DNA of 64,000 nucleotides from positions 124,001 through 188,000 of the forward strand of contig VJWM01000179.1 of NCBI GenBank assembly GCA_010909165.1, in the 5' to 3' direction. The translations under genes were made by a program, and so were the position numbers. Within the stretch, counting starts at the first letter, position 1. Every line of letters starts with the position of its first letter. Under the pieces are notes generated by a model. The model did not search any database. It saw nothing but the letters and a program-made list of their open reading frames with translations, and was not told where the DNA came from. This document shows positions 36,831 through 48,529 of this stretch, piece by piece. This DNA comes from Anthoceros angustus. Lineage: Eukaryota; Plantae; Anthocerotophyta.

Positions 36831-38573
36831 CGGATGGCTGCGATGGCGGGAATGAGGCGGGATGCGGATGGCGGCGCCATCTGTCTGGACGGCGAGGCAA
36901 CACCAGCGGTGTGGCGGCGTCGCAGCGGGGGAGTGGGGCTGAGCGCGAGCCGCTTGAGGAAGCAGTTCTGGAGGAATAACCGGTTCCATCTGGCGGCATC
37001 TCGGCGTCGGCGGAAGCGGCAGTTAAGCGGAGGCTCGGGAGGCGTGCGGAGGGGAGGCGGGGCCGCTGCGAGCTCAGCGGTGGAGGCCGGCATCCGGCAC
37101 CTGGGAGGAGGAGGAGGAGGAGGGGCGGTGAGGCGGCGGAGGCGGAGGCGATGTCGGAAGAAGGAGGCGAGTGCGGCTCACCCCAACTCCGCGGGCGAGC
37201 ACAAGGGGAGGCGCGACTACGAGGAATCGGACACGGTGTCCGAAGTGGAAGCCTTGCAGCGGTGCCTCCGGCCCGAATGCCGCGCTGTGGAGGCGGCGGC
37301 CGGCGGAGAGGCGATGAGGCAGCGGAATGCTCGGCCGTGGAGGCCATGGAGGCACAATTAAGGTTCTCGGCGGATGATCAAGCGCATGGATGACGAGGGA
37401 AGTAGGCGGCGTCGTCATCCTTGTGCTCGAGTTACATCGGCGTTTTGGTTTTGCATAGGGGCGAGGCATGCGCGTAGGAAGGCCGATAGGAGATAGGGTT
37501 TGATGCTACGTGCAATTTTGCGATGTGTGCGTGGACATCCTTTTGATGAATGGAATGGCACCCTTATCATGTGACGGCTGCGTTGGAGGGGCCGTAAACT
37601 TTGTTGGTGAGGTATCGACACTGTGGCTGAACATGTCCCGGCCTTCTGCACTTTCTTCGCCATCATCTGCATTTGTGAAACGCGCAATGGAGAAGGATGT
37701 CGCTACTCCGTAGCTGGGATCGGAGGAGCGGTAGAACAAATTTAAGCGTGGAATCCCCAAATCCCACCACGCGAGTCGCCACATGCACCCGATTTCTTGA
37801 GGCAAGCGAAGGCGGCTATGTTCCAACATTTTCAACCCTCCACACGCGCCCGTATGTCGCGTCTTCTTAGCTGTGGACAATGGAATCGTGATTTTGTGAG
37901 GAGGCTATCATTTGGAAACATTGAGAAGGACGATCGTGCTCGCCACGGTAAGAAGCAAGAGCTGCTCGAATGAAAACAACATGGCGCGGCCGTGCGCATC
38001 ATTGCATTCGCATACCATGGCCGCGGCCGGGGTAGGGTTCGGCAACCACACCGGTGTGGTCGGTGGCAGCGTGTTAGGGTTTGCCATCCATGGCGGGCCA
38101 TGGAAGAAAACTTTATGGCGGTAGGGTGGAAGGAATGAAAACAATGTGTCACGGCTCTTTGTTTTGAAAGTTGCAAGGACAAAACATTTTCAACCCTACA
38201 CCCTTTTGAGGAGGCGTGTGTGTCCCTTTGGTGCTTGGCTGTTGGTTAGGCCAAAGCGGCCATGTGACCATGTCTTTGTAAAAAGATACCGTCTGGAATC
38301 TCTGACATATTCCTCAAGATCCCAGGCTTGCATGGGTTTCGCGAAAAAAAAAATGTCCCATCCCCTCTGTCCCCTTTGGTATGCCATACTACTCATCACT
38401 GTCCTTGAATTAGGTTCTGAGATTTAATTTTTATTTTGAATTATTAAATATATTTATTAAAAATAATATATTTTACAAACTATTTAAAACCTAAATTATG
38501 TTACTCCATATAAGGAGTAACATGTTACTCCATTTAAATTAGGTCACTAAGTACATAATGTGTTTTCTCCCCT

Positions 38574-38697
38574 GCTTTCTTATCGAGCTTAAGGAGCATA
38601 ACCGCTTTCTTATCGAGCTTAAGGAGCATAACCGCTTTCTTATCGAGCTTAAGGAGCATAACCGCTTTCTTATCGAGCTTAAGGAGCATAACCGCTT
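38574..38697. repeat. Perfect 30 bp tandem repeat x4
   Basis: GCTTTCTTATCGAGCTTAAGGAGCATAACC four times. Confidence 0.95.
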
Positions 38698-40813
38698 GCA
38701 GGGAGTCTGGCACGGCGGCAAGCGTCCCTACATATCGCCTTTAGAGGCATAGGTCTGCTAGGCCATGTAGGCCTGGGAGCCGATGGCCTTCCTAGGGAGT
38801 TGGGCCCTCTCGGTTAACGTTTTCAATCCGGGATTCCCCCATCTAAGAGGCCTTCGTCACAGGCGTGGAGGAGGGAGCCTTCCCCATGCATGTTTCCCTA
38901 CGGTTGGCTCAGGACTCTTTATCCTTGGAGGCTAGGGCGGCCATGCCTTGTTTTTCTTCGTTCTCTGTGGGCGGGCTGCGCGGCCTCCAAGCCTCTCTCT
39001 AGGAGAAACAATTCGGTGCAGAGGACCCTTCTCTTGGATTTTTCCATTCCCCGGCCTGCCCGAGCTCGCCTGTGCTCTTGCTCAGGGAAAGGAGCAGGCT
39101 TTTGGCTTTTGGCATCCAAGCTTTCCGAATCGCACCCGCTTCTTTCTCTACCGCGATGAGGTTCCACCTACGCTTCTTTTGTCCCAGCAGTGGGCGGATC
39201 TTTATATGATGCTTGATTAGCGGCGACATGTTCTTATTGGCCAAGAAAAGTGGTGTTTTTCCCTTAGGGAGTGCCCCTATACCCTGCGCAATGGCCTGTC
39301 GCTCAAGGCGGATTGACTTCTCACCAAAGGGGATCAAATCTCTAGTGCAGATGTGGTTGTAACAGACCCTACCCAGGACAACATTTGTTAGCATGTCATC
39401 ATCCACCCTCTGGGTCGGGTGGCGGAGGGATGCGCGATAGGAAAAGTACACAAGTACACACCCATGCAAGAAGGTCACGCCTTCATCCCCCTTTGCCTTC
39501 GAGACTTATGGGGCCATGGGCAAGGATTTCTCAAGGTTCAAAAAGGATTGTGCTAAAGCCTACCACAGCTACAGGAACGGGGTAGGTCTCCCTCTTTCTT
39601 CCATGGTGGCTTTCTTTTGACAGCAGGTATCCATTGTCCTACAAAGGTCATTGGCCAATGCTGTTTAAAGAACGGCAGCGAATGCAAGAGATACGGCGTC
39701 ATCGGCACCAGTCGTAGGTAGGCCTTTTCTTATCGCAGACCACAACATTCTTGGAGGGGTAGGTAGTTACAGGTTCAACATTCATGGGGGCTAGCCCCCT
39801 TGGCCTCCGGCCCTCTTGTGGGTTGTTCCCCATCAGCTTGGCGTAGGTGGGTCTTCCCATCTCTTCTTCTTTATAAAGTCTTCAGATGTCCTATTGGATA
39901 ATTTTGAAGACTATTGAAGGCTTCAACTAAATGACCCTTCCTAAGATGTCTAAACTATATTAATGATGTATTTTATAAACCATCAATGAATAGGAAAAAA
40001 CATGATCTTGGAAATGTTGCTTCTATGTATGGCACCTGTGATAACATGTTGAAGAGTTATGAATACATGTCCTCCAAAAAACTACAAACCACTTGTATAT
40101 AGAACTTAAATTATCTTCTAGTTTAACGACATATCAAATTACTTTAGTTTTTGTTTTATATGCATTTCTTGATGTCAAGTTATCAACGTGTAAATCAAGT
40201 AAGTTGTAAAATATAAGCTCTATTTAATGCGATGGCCCTATTAACAAACCTCGTTGATAAATAAGTTAGATTATCCTTTAGTTTAATGACATATCAACCT
40301 ATTAGATTTTTATCTAAAGTTCATGATATCAAGTGATTTTTATAGCAACATATAAATCAAGCAAGCTGGCATTATCATTTTATTTTAATAAAATAATATA
40401 ATTTTATCAACTCTAAGATGGTATAAATATTGTTTTCTTAAATCCTAAGCTTAAGACAGGAAATCTCATGGGGCATATTGGGTGAGATGCTGAATTATGT
40501 TGTGGATTTAAAAAAAGCGCCTGTTGATAAAAAGAGGTTGGAATTCGAGTTTGTTTGGGGGACTTTCTCGCTGTAAAGGTAATAGGTAGGTAATGTGTAT
40601 AAACAGCTGTAAGAGTGCGAGTGCAAACGTTTTGATACGTTGTGTCCTGACAAAAATATCGCCTCGTGGGATATGCCAGTCCAGAGAGGATAACGTGAGG
40701 GAGGTTTCCTAGTCACGTAGCTTCGGCACAGAGGGGCCGGGATAGATCGGAGTCGGAATCGAACAATCGAACGGAACTGAGCCAATGCGCTAGTTTTCAC
40801 CTGCAATTCCGCG

Positions 40814-41385
40814 ATGAGGGTTGAAGAGATTTATGCGGTTCCAGCCGGCCCGGTGGGCAGGGAGGCTGTAGTGAAGACCGTTCCAGTGAAGACTCTCATG
40901 CCTTCCTGCTCGGCTGTGCAAGTCGCCTACTGTAATTGCTTCAACCGGTGAGTTTTGGCAATTTAGTCCTTTGTTTTCCTCAGCTTGAAGAGCACCTGGA
41001 ATGCTGCCTGCAAGCGACAGACCCTAGTTTCTGGTGAAGGTTTGGTATGAGCTATGGCTGTTCTCGCTTGCTGAGACATTGGTGCTGAATCTGGTCCATT
41101 TTCGAACTGCAGATGGTACAACGATAAGTTCGTGACCAATCAGTGGGACAAGGAAGAGTGCTTCTCGGAATTGGAGGCGTACCGGGCTTGTGTTACGGTA
41201 TGTTTGCCCTCTTTTGCATGTCAACAGCTGAGCTTTTGGTGTTTTATGTGGGAGTTATATGTACTTCTCCTTTTTTTCTTCTGGCACTCCTGAGTTTCTC
41301 TTGTTGTCTCATATCCTAACAGGGAAGAAAGGAGATGGACTTTGTGAATGATACTGGAGGGTTCCGTTCAACGCATCAGAGATGA
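40814..41385 (+). CDS. MDM35: MDM35/TRIAP1-like twin CX9C mitochondrial intermembrane-space protein, ~93 aa; exons 40814-40947, 41113-41197, 41323-41385
   Basis: Spliced product reads CSAVQVAYCNCFNRWYNDKFVTNQWDKEECFSELEAYRACVT, giving two CX9C motifs and the family-typical CFN.WY..KF...QWDKEEC. Introns are GT-AG. Start codon and last exon are less certain. Confidence 0.85.
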
Positions 41386-42588
41386 TGATTGATGAGATGG
41401 TTCCGTCCATTCTTAGGTCTGACAAGCGTTTGTTTGCAGTTGCCCTTCCCAGGCCGCCCCCGTTCATGGCTGATGGTTTTTCCTCGTGTCTTCCAGGTCT
41501 CGTTCATCACTTCCAGTGGCGGACGGAAGATGGTGCTTCTTCACAGGTGTCTGTAAAAAGAGAAATTTCCAGCAGTGCTTTGCCAGCACATGTATATAGA
41601 GCTACTGTACAGGTGGGAGGATGGCTTGTTGTACTCTTCTGCTGATTGCCTGAGTTCAGGCTACTTAGTGTAACATAAGTGCCGTCTCCTGTGGATGTCG
41701 TTCTAGACTTTATCTTCCTTTGAATGGACTTGCAGGAGGCCTTGCTCCAAGGTCCTCTTAGCCTTTAGGATGATAAGACTGGTTCCTGGTTACGTAATGA
41801 TTTTGGTCTTCAGCATTGGGTGTAAAACGGATTGATCGAGCGGAAGGGCACTGTCATATGTGGCATGTTAGAAGGCAGATGGGCATGCCGAAACTGTGTG
41901 GTCCGTCCACTCCTCCGCCCATATTATGCTGTCCTTGTGCCCAAGATTTGGAAGCAAGGAAAATCTGACTCAAGCTGCGAATAACAAGAGGGTACATTTC
42001 TGAAGTGCAGTATGCAAGATAGACAAGGCAGGACGTGGACAAAGGAGGGTTGGAAAGAACAGAAGGAAGGGGTGGAACACGAGTTGCCAGGAGGAGTCCT
42101 ATCAGTCACAGTGTCTTCAGGTAAGGTAGATACAAATTGAATTTGAGACGAGGATATTCTGTCCCAAATTGGAAAAAATTGCATGACTACAACTTGGAAC
42201 CGTCGCGCTACGGTATATATATCATCACGTCAGGGCTAAGCTGGCCGTAGATCCCCAACGCAGCAGCTTGCCCTAGTTACTCCGTGTCACTGAGTAGGGA
42301 AACTGTGCAAGCTCCATTTGCAAACTACTTGATGCGCCAACAGCTCCCTTCCGGCCCAGTTGGTGGCAGGAACAGGGAGTGAAGTGGACTGGTCTCCATC
42401 TGGTTAGACTAGTCTAAACTCCGTCAGGCTCGACGTAAAATACAGGACACCAAAGGCATGTGGACCCGTCGGAGATCTCCACAGCTGGTGCGAACTCACG
42501 CGGGTCGGGAAGTGATGATCCCCCTACTGGCTGTGACCATCCTCCGTCCGCCGGGTTAGATCTCTACCGCTGGCACCTGTTTGTACAC

Positions 42589-45500
42589 CTACTCGTTCCA
42601 GACTGCAAAAATGGGTGGGATCCCGTGGCTGACTCCTCCCAGCTGATTGGGCCGAACTTGCATGTTCTGGACGGAGTTGCTGGTGGTCCAAGAGCTCATG
42701 GTGTTGGCGTCGTAGCTGGATTTCACCACATTCGGCGATTGCGACATGTACATGCTGATGCTCCTGGACAGGTCCCCTTGCATCACGTTGTCGTAGGCGG
42801 AGCTCTTGGATGTGCCCTCCTCGCCTTCCGAGACCCCCGAGTTCCTGGGGCTGTCCCCTGTCGCGGAAGAGTAGGGCCCCTGGCCGGAGTTGCTGCCCAT
42901 GAGGGGGTTGGATCCGGAGCTGAGGCCGCTGAGCAATCCGTTGGAGCAGCTGCCGTCGGTGCCGTCAGTAGGCAGCGCGTCCAGACCCATCAGGTTGCGC
43001 AGCACCGCGCTCTGCATGTTGGGGTGCTGCAGGTCCGAGGTCTGCATGCCAGGGTGTTGCAGGCCCGCGGATTGCAGGTATTTCTGGTGGTGCTGCTGCA
43101 TCGACAGGGAATCTGAGAACACTGACCCCTGTTCCTGCTCTACCTGCTGGTCGCACCACGAGTTCCGCTGCACTTGGGCCTGGGCCTGCGCCTGCGCCTG
43201 CGCCTGAGCCTGAGCCTGCGCCTGAGCCTGCGCCTGAGCCTGAGCCTGAGCTTGCGCCTGGGCCTGAGCATGTTGCGACTGCTGGTACAGCATCTGCCAC
43301 TGCTGCAAGTTCTTCATCACCGAGGTATGCTGATTGCTGGAGTTGTCCACCGAGTGCATCTCTTCCACGTGGTGCTCCTGCTCCAGACTGGCATGCGCGT
43401 GCACGGCTTGAGCTTGTTCGTTCGTCTCCTTGGTGAGCAGTGCAGCCTTGGACGCCAGCTGCCCGATCGGTGTGGTCTGGGAGCAGATCCTCTTTGTGTC
43501 GTATCTGCTGATGTCGAAGTTCGTCACCGCATTGATCCCCCGGAACTTAATTGCCGCGATATCATAGGCCTCGGCAGCTTCCTCTTGTGTGCCTGCAGCC
43601 GCATCCAGGTTAGAACAACCTTCGCACAATCCACCACCTTGCGCTAGCAACAATTCGAGAAACAAGTGCACACTCACTGTATGTCCCGAGGTAAAGATCC
43701 TTGTTGCCGGCCACTCTTCCGATTCGCGCTTGCCATCGGCCATGCTGATGGTGACTGTAAAGAGGCCAGAGGGGAAGTCAGTGAATTGGTCTAGCATGGA
43801 TCCAGAATCACAGTACGTCGAGGGAAAATCGCTCACCGTGTAACCCCGCGATAAACCGATGCACCACGAGAGAATCCGCTACTCTTTCTGCAATTCACGA
43901 CCAGGAGGAGGTGCTTGATCAGCGACAGTTCCAAGGAGGAGAGGAACGAAACAGGGTTGAAGAGAGAAGTGAGCATTGTTTATTACCTTCTCAAGGATGC
44001 CACATACTCCTGGCGTGTCATGTTTTTCATCTCTTCCAACTCCTTCTCATAAGTGGCGAGCTGAGGCGGCACAAACACACATGAAGGAGAGGTGTCAGAG
44101 CAAGAGCCAGAGCCAGAGCCAGAGCCAGAGCCAGAGGAGGGGGCAAGTGGAATTGGTCACGACACAGAGCAGAATCGCTGCAACACGGAAGCTACAGGCG
44201 GAAGCCGTGACCAGTAAGGTCCGGACACATGGTCCTGGCGATTGAGTAATCTAACAATAAATCAGAGGCGGCAGCGGCAAGAAGGTACAGTCATGCTGAC
44301 ATTCGGCAGAATGAATATGAATCCCAAAATTTCCGCAAGCCCGCCCACACACACATGATCGCGGAGGCCTCGGTCCACATGATGAAGCTCAGATGAGAAG
44401 GAACACAATCATGACACTCCCAAACCAACAGAAAGCCACACTGCAACGGCAAGCAGGGAGCATTAAACAACGCTGTACCGGAAAATTGATCGTAGTTGTG
44501 GGACCCCAGTACTTCAATGCAGCCAAGTCGTAAGCTCTGGCTGCCTTTTCCTCTTTATCATACCCTCCTGCACATCATCAATGTCAAACAGCAGCCACAG
44601 CATTAGTGACACTGCTGCACTGACTCTCCGATGCTCCTCCGAGCACCTGCATGCATGCAAACGCAGATAGCTCGCTCGCTCGCAGCCTCATGGCCTGGAC
44701 AACAATCTTACACTACCGCTGAAACGAAATCCTGGGGAGGCCAGGGCAGCGAAGGGCAGGGCAGAAGCGTGAGCCGGAACATACCAAGATACACTGTAGA
44801 CCAGAAGGTAAGATCCATCGGAGCAGCCCGCAGGTCGATGCAAACACACAAGCAGCAGAGATGCAGTCAGTACCCTAGGCCTGCCCAAAGCCTCGACGAC
44901 ACAGGCATTGCCAAGCAAAAGGAAATCCAAGCCTGTGGTCAGGCCGTGAGGCGAGTCTTTTGTCACACACCTTGTCTCCCCTTCCTGGTTTGGCCCTCCT
45001 TCCTGCACGAGTTGTCCCACAGGTGGGCTTCGTAGCGTCCAGTCCATCTGTGCCTGAGGTGAGAGGAAGCAACAGAGGTGAGCAGGAAGCACAGTGTACG
45101 TGATGGAATGTGGGCTCGATTCAGATTCAGACTAGAGCCCCACCAAGAACGATTTGCATGGAAAGGCAACAGGAACAGGGAATGAACAGCGCCATGCTCA
45201 TCATCATCGTGGAACAGTAGCCATGAATGACAACGAACCTTGTGACTCCCCGATACACCGAAGTCCTCTGGCCGAAGGTGTCGATGGATTTCCTTGGCGA
45301 GGGTTCCTTGCCGGGCGCACGCGCAGCACCGCGCTTCCGGGGCTCCCCGGATCGGGGGCTGCTGGGGGTGCTGGCGGGGCCGGAGGCGGAGGAGCCCTGG
45401 GGCGCGCCTGGCGCAGCGGAGCCTGCTCCTCCGAGGGACGCAGTCAGCACGGAGCTGGTCTGCGAGCCGGGGCTCATGGACAGAGTGAGCGACTGCAGGT

Positions 45501-46912
45501 TGGCGATGGCGCTGAGCCCCCCCGTCTTGGGAGACATGCTACCCTGGAGATGGTGCGCGACACCCAGAGGCCCGGCCTTGTCGGAGGACGCAGTCTGGTG
45601 ATGCCGCAGCCACGTCTTGATGGCGGAGATCCCGGCTGGCCCCATGCTCCCCCCGGGCCCGGCGCTGGCGCCGGCGTTGGCCAGGGGAAGCTGCAGGCTG
45701 CAGTCGGTGAGCAAGGAAGAGTGATCCGCTCCGGCTCCGGCTCCGGCTCCGCTTCCGCTCACCGCCCCGCCAGACCCCGAGTCCATGGCTGCGACGTGCA
45801 GCAGGTTCTGCCCGTGCTGGCTCTGCAGCGCGTTCTGCAGGCTGCAGAGAGCGCCGCCCTGGCTCCCGTCCAGAGAGGATTGGTCCCCGGGCTGGGGCTG
45901 GGGCTGGGCCTGGGGCTGGGGCTGGGGCTGTTGCTGGGGCTGGCTCTGGCTCACCACCTGCCGGGAGGCGTCGAAGGCGTTGGAGGAATTCATGGCCGCC
46001 ACCGGGTCGTAGGCGCTGTAGGCGAGATGGTGCGAGTCCCCTGCCCGCATCCCGGAGTAGGGCACGTTGACGTTGATGCGCGAGGAGCGCTGGTGCTGCG
46101 CGTCTGCCGCCGCCGCCACTGCTGCCGCTGCGCCCGCGTAGTACATGTCCAGCTCATGGTGCGCGGAGTCGGAGCGGCTGGAGTGGTACTGTCCCCCCAG
46201 CGACGCCCCGCCCAGGAAATCCTCCAGCTTCGGCCCGTCCCGCTCCTGCTTCATCTCGAATTGCGCCATGTGCTGCTCGCCGTGGCCCGAGGACGCCAGC
46301 CGCGACAGATCCGACCCCAGGAAGTGCTGCGATTGCACACAGTGGCTGTCCGTCTGCATGGGCCTGGAAAGCTGGTTGCTGCTCTTCATCTGCCAGCTGT
46401 TGTCTGCACCAGCAGCAGCAAAGCAATTAGATCTGTGTGTTGCCCCTGTGTGTCCTCAAGCTCTCTCTCACACGCACACAAGCACATACAGAATCCTAAC
46501 CTATGCCATTCATTCTGCATTGGTGGCATTGGGCAGGGGAAAATGCCAGCCTGTCTGGAAGAAGGAAGGATAGAGGATGGAGGTGAGGGGTACCTTTAGG
46601 TTGGGAGCGGCTGAAGGCTTCCATGATGCAGAGCGAGCCGTCGGATGGAATTGAGAGCGAGTCCATGGTGGAGCGCTGGTCCAGGAGAGAAGAAGAGCCT
46701 GGATCGGTCCTGCTGTTGGACTGCTGCAGTGCGCCTAGAGAGGAGAAGCAGGCGTCATTGGAGGAGGCGGAGGCGGCGGCGTTGGCAGCGTTGATGGCAG
46801 AGCTCTGGCCAGGACCTCGCTGGCCGGCGGATGGGTCCGGCGCATCGATGGTGAGGTGCGGCGACAGCGAGAAGGCGAGCCAGCTGTTGACCGAATTATT
46901 GACCGACCTCAT
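42589..46912 (-). CDS. ANT: euANT-lineage AP2 transcription factor (AINTEGUMENTA-like), ~956 aa; exons 46912-46594, 46403-45239, 45053-44971, 44793-44785, 44567-44479, 44060-43987, 43887-43837, 43754-43678, 43592-42589
   Basis: Two AP2 repeats with linker ([26 protein letters not shown]...[25 protein letters not shown]...[29 protein letters not shown]). euANT motifs [35 protein letters not shown] and [10 protein letters not shown]. 2871 nt in frame; an upstream in-frame ATG exists at 46981. Confidence 0.95.
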
Positions 46913-48529
46913 TCGTTGGCTCAGATCACCAGCTTGAGGCAGCAGCAGGCTGGGATGAGGAGAGCTGGCCACCTCTAACATGAAGCAAAGCAGGCGTGCC
47001 TTCGTCCCTCCCTGGCTGAAGTTGCTGTTGCTGCTACCACCAGTCACTGGGAGTGCGCAGCCGACACCAGCTTCTAAAGCACCTCTGCTCTGATCTCCAA
47101 CACAAGACAACAGTGTCGTCTGCGTCTGCGTCTGGGCTCCCCTCACTTCTTCACCACACTACCACTGCTACTGCTACCTCCTGCAAGAGCTCAAAATGCT
47201 GCTGCTGCTGCCACCTGCTACTTGAAAGTTTCCATGCACCACCAGCAGCCTGAGGAACGAGCACCCAAGTGCGCCCAAGCCCAAATTCCTCGGGCCCCAG
47301 ACACCTGCGGCGCGGCGGCGGCGCAGAAGCGAATTGGCGGAGAGCGCGACTACCCAACTAGCGCTGCAGCAGCTGAGCTCAGCCTGGCAGCTGGCTGAAG
47401 CTGAAGCACAAGGAGCGAGATTGCAATTTGAAAACACGGAGAGCAAGGCGAGCAAGGCAAGGCACGGGAAGGCAGGAAGGCTAGGCAGGTAGGAGAGAAA
47501 CCCAAGGCCAGGGCAAGGCGATTGGGAATGCCGCTGCAGGCACAATGTGAGAATTGTGGGGCCGCGGCGAGGAAGGAGCAGAGGTGCTGCTGCTGCTGCG
47601 GCTGCGGCTGCGGCTGCTCCTGCTTGGGCTTCTTGCACAACTGAGAGCTGCTGCCAACATGAGGCACAATAGTCGGACCCTATAAAAAGGCCTCGGAAGG
47701 GGGAAGGGGAGGCGGAAAGGAAAGGAAAGGCGGAGGGCGAGGAAGGAAGCAAGCGGGCTTGCTCGGTGAGGTCTGGTCAGGTCAGGTCAGGGATGAATCA
47801 AAGTACAGAGAGATGAGAGAGACACGGCGGACATGAGCGCTCGCTCACAGCCTCCGGCTCTGCTCGCCGTCCAGGCCAGGCAGCAGTCGGGACTCGGAGC
47901 AGTCGCCGGACCCGACTCCCGAGTCGGCTTCGCCACAAGCCACAAGGCCCAAACGCAGCGGAAGCAGTCGCAGTCGCAGTCGCGGCCGCAGGCGGCAGGC
48001 AGCCGGGGGATGCAAAGAGAGAGAGATCAGGGATTGCAGCAGCGGCAGCGCCACCGGCAGCGGCAGCGGCAGCGGCAGAGACGCAGAGGCGGCACTGGCT
48101 GCAGCGGCAGCAACGGTGCCCAAGCCAGGGCCACACCGAGCGCCGGTCGCCGGTCCCTGCAGCGTTAGATTCGGCGCGGTGGAAAGAGGGCAGCGGCGCA
48201 AGGGAGGGCATCTCTTGGCAGCACTGGGAGCGCCATGGAAGCGCGTGCATGCTCGAGGCGAGGAGCTCGCGCGCGTGAGAGGAGAGGCAGCCACAGGAAG
48301 GGAAGGAAAGGGAGGGGAAGGGAAGGGAAGGGAAGGGAGCGGAAGGACGATCCCGATCCCGATCCCGATCCCGGCCCTCTTCTGCCCCCATTGCCCGCCA
48401 CCAGAGCAGCCCCCGGCAGCGATAAGCACGGAGCCACGCCCAAGTTGGGCTAAAATAACCCGCCCGGTTAGTTACAAGATATCCGATTCTCATATACATA
48501 CACACAAATGTTTTATTTCCCGGAATAGC

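Larger units (their letters stand above)
20045..38388. mobile_element. ~18.3 kb TIR-bounded putative DNA transposon, superfamily unassigned
   Basis: Left end TATGGCATACCAAAGAGGACAGAGGGGACGGATATTTTTTTT matches the reverse complement of the right end (38336-38388), TATGGCATACCAAAGGGGACAGAGGGGATGGGACATTTTTTTTTT. CTACTC lies immediately outside both ends (20039-20044, 38389-38394). Confidence 0.7.

Noticed and set aside
32955-37361. Very long ORFs on both strands (887, 730, 453, 449 aa etc.)
   Set aside because: Translations are G/R/A/P low-complexity, overlap in all frames and follow the DNA repeats; stop codons are simply rare at this GC content.
40984-41039. Possible poison cassette exon in MDM35 intron 1
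   Set aside because: The upstream intron would be only 36 nt and the donor (GTTTGG) is weak.
42589-43836. ORF-track 415 aa protein starting MSDFPSTYC
   Set aside because: Its N-terminus reads through introns; the true frame is the spliced ANT CDS.
45154-46599. 481 aa plus-strand ORF
   Set aside because: Antisense shadow of the GC-rich ANT exon 2.
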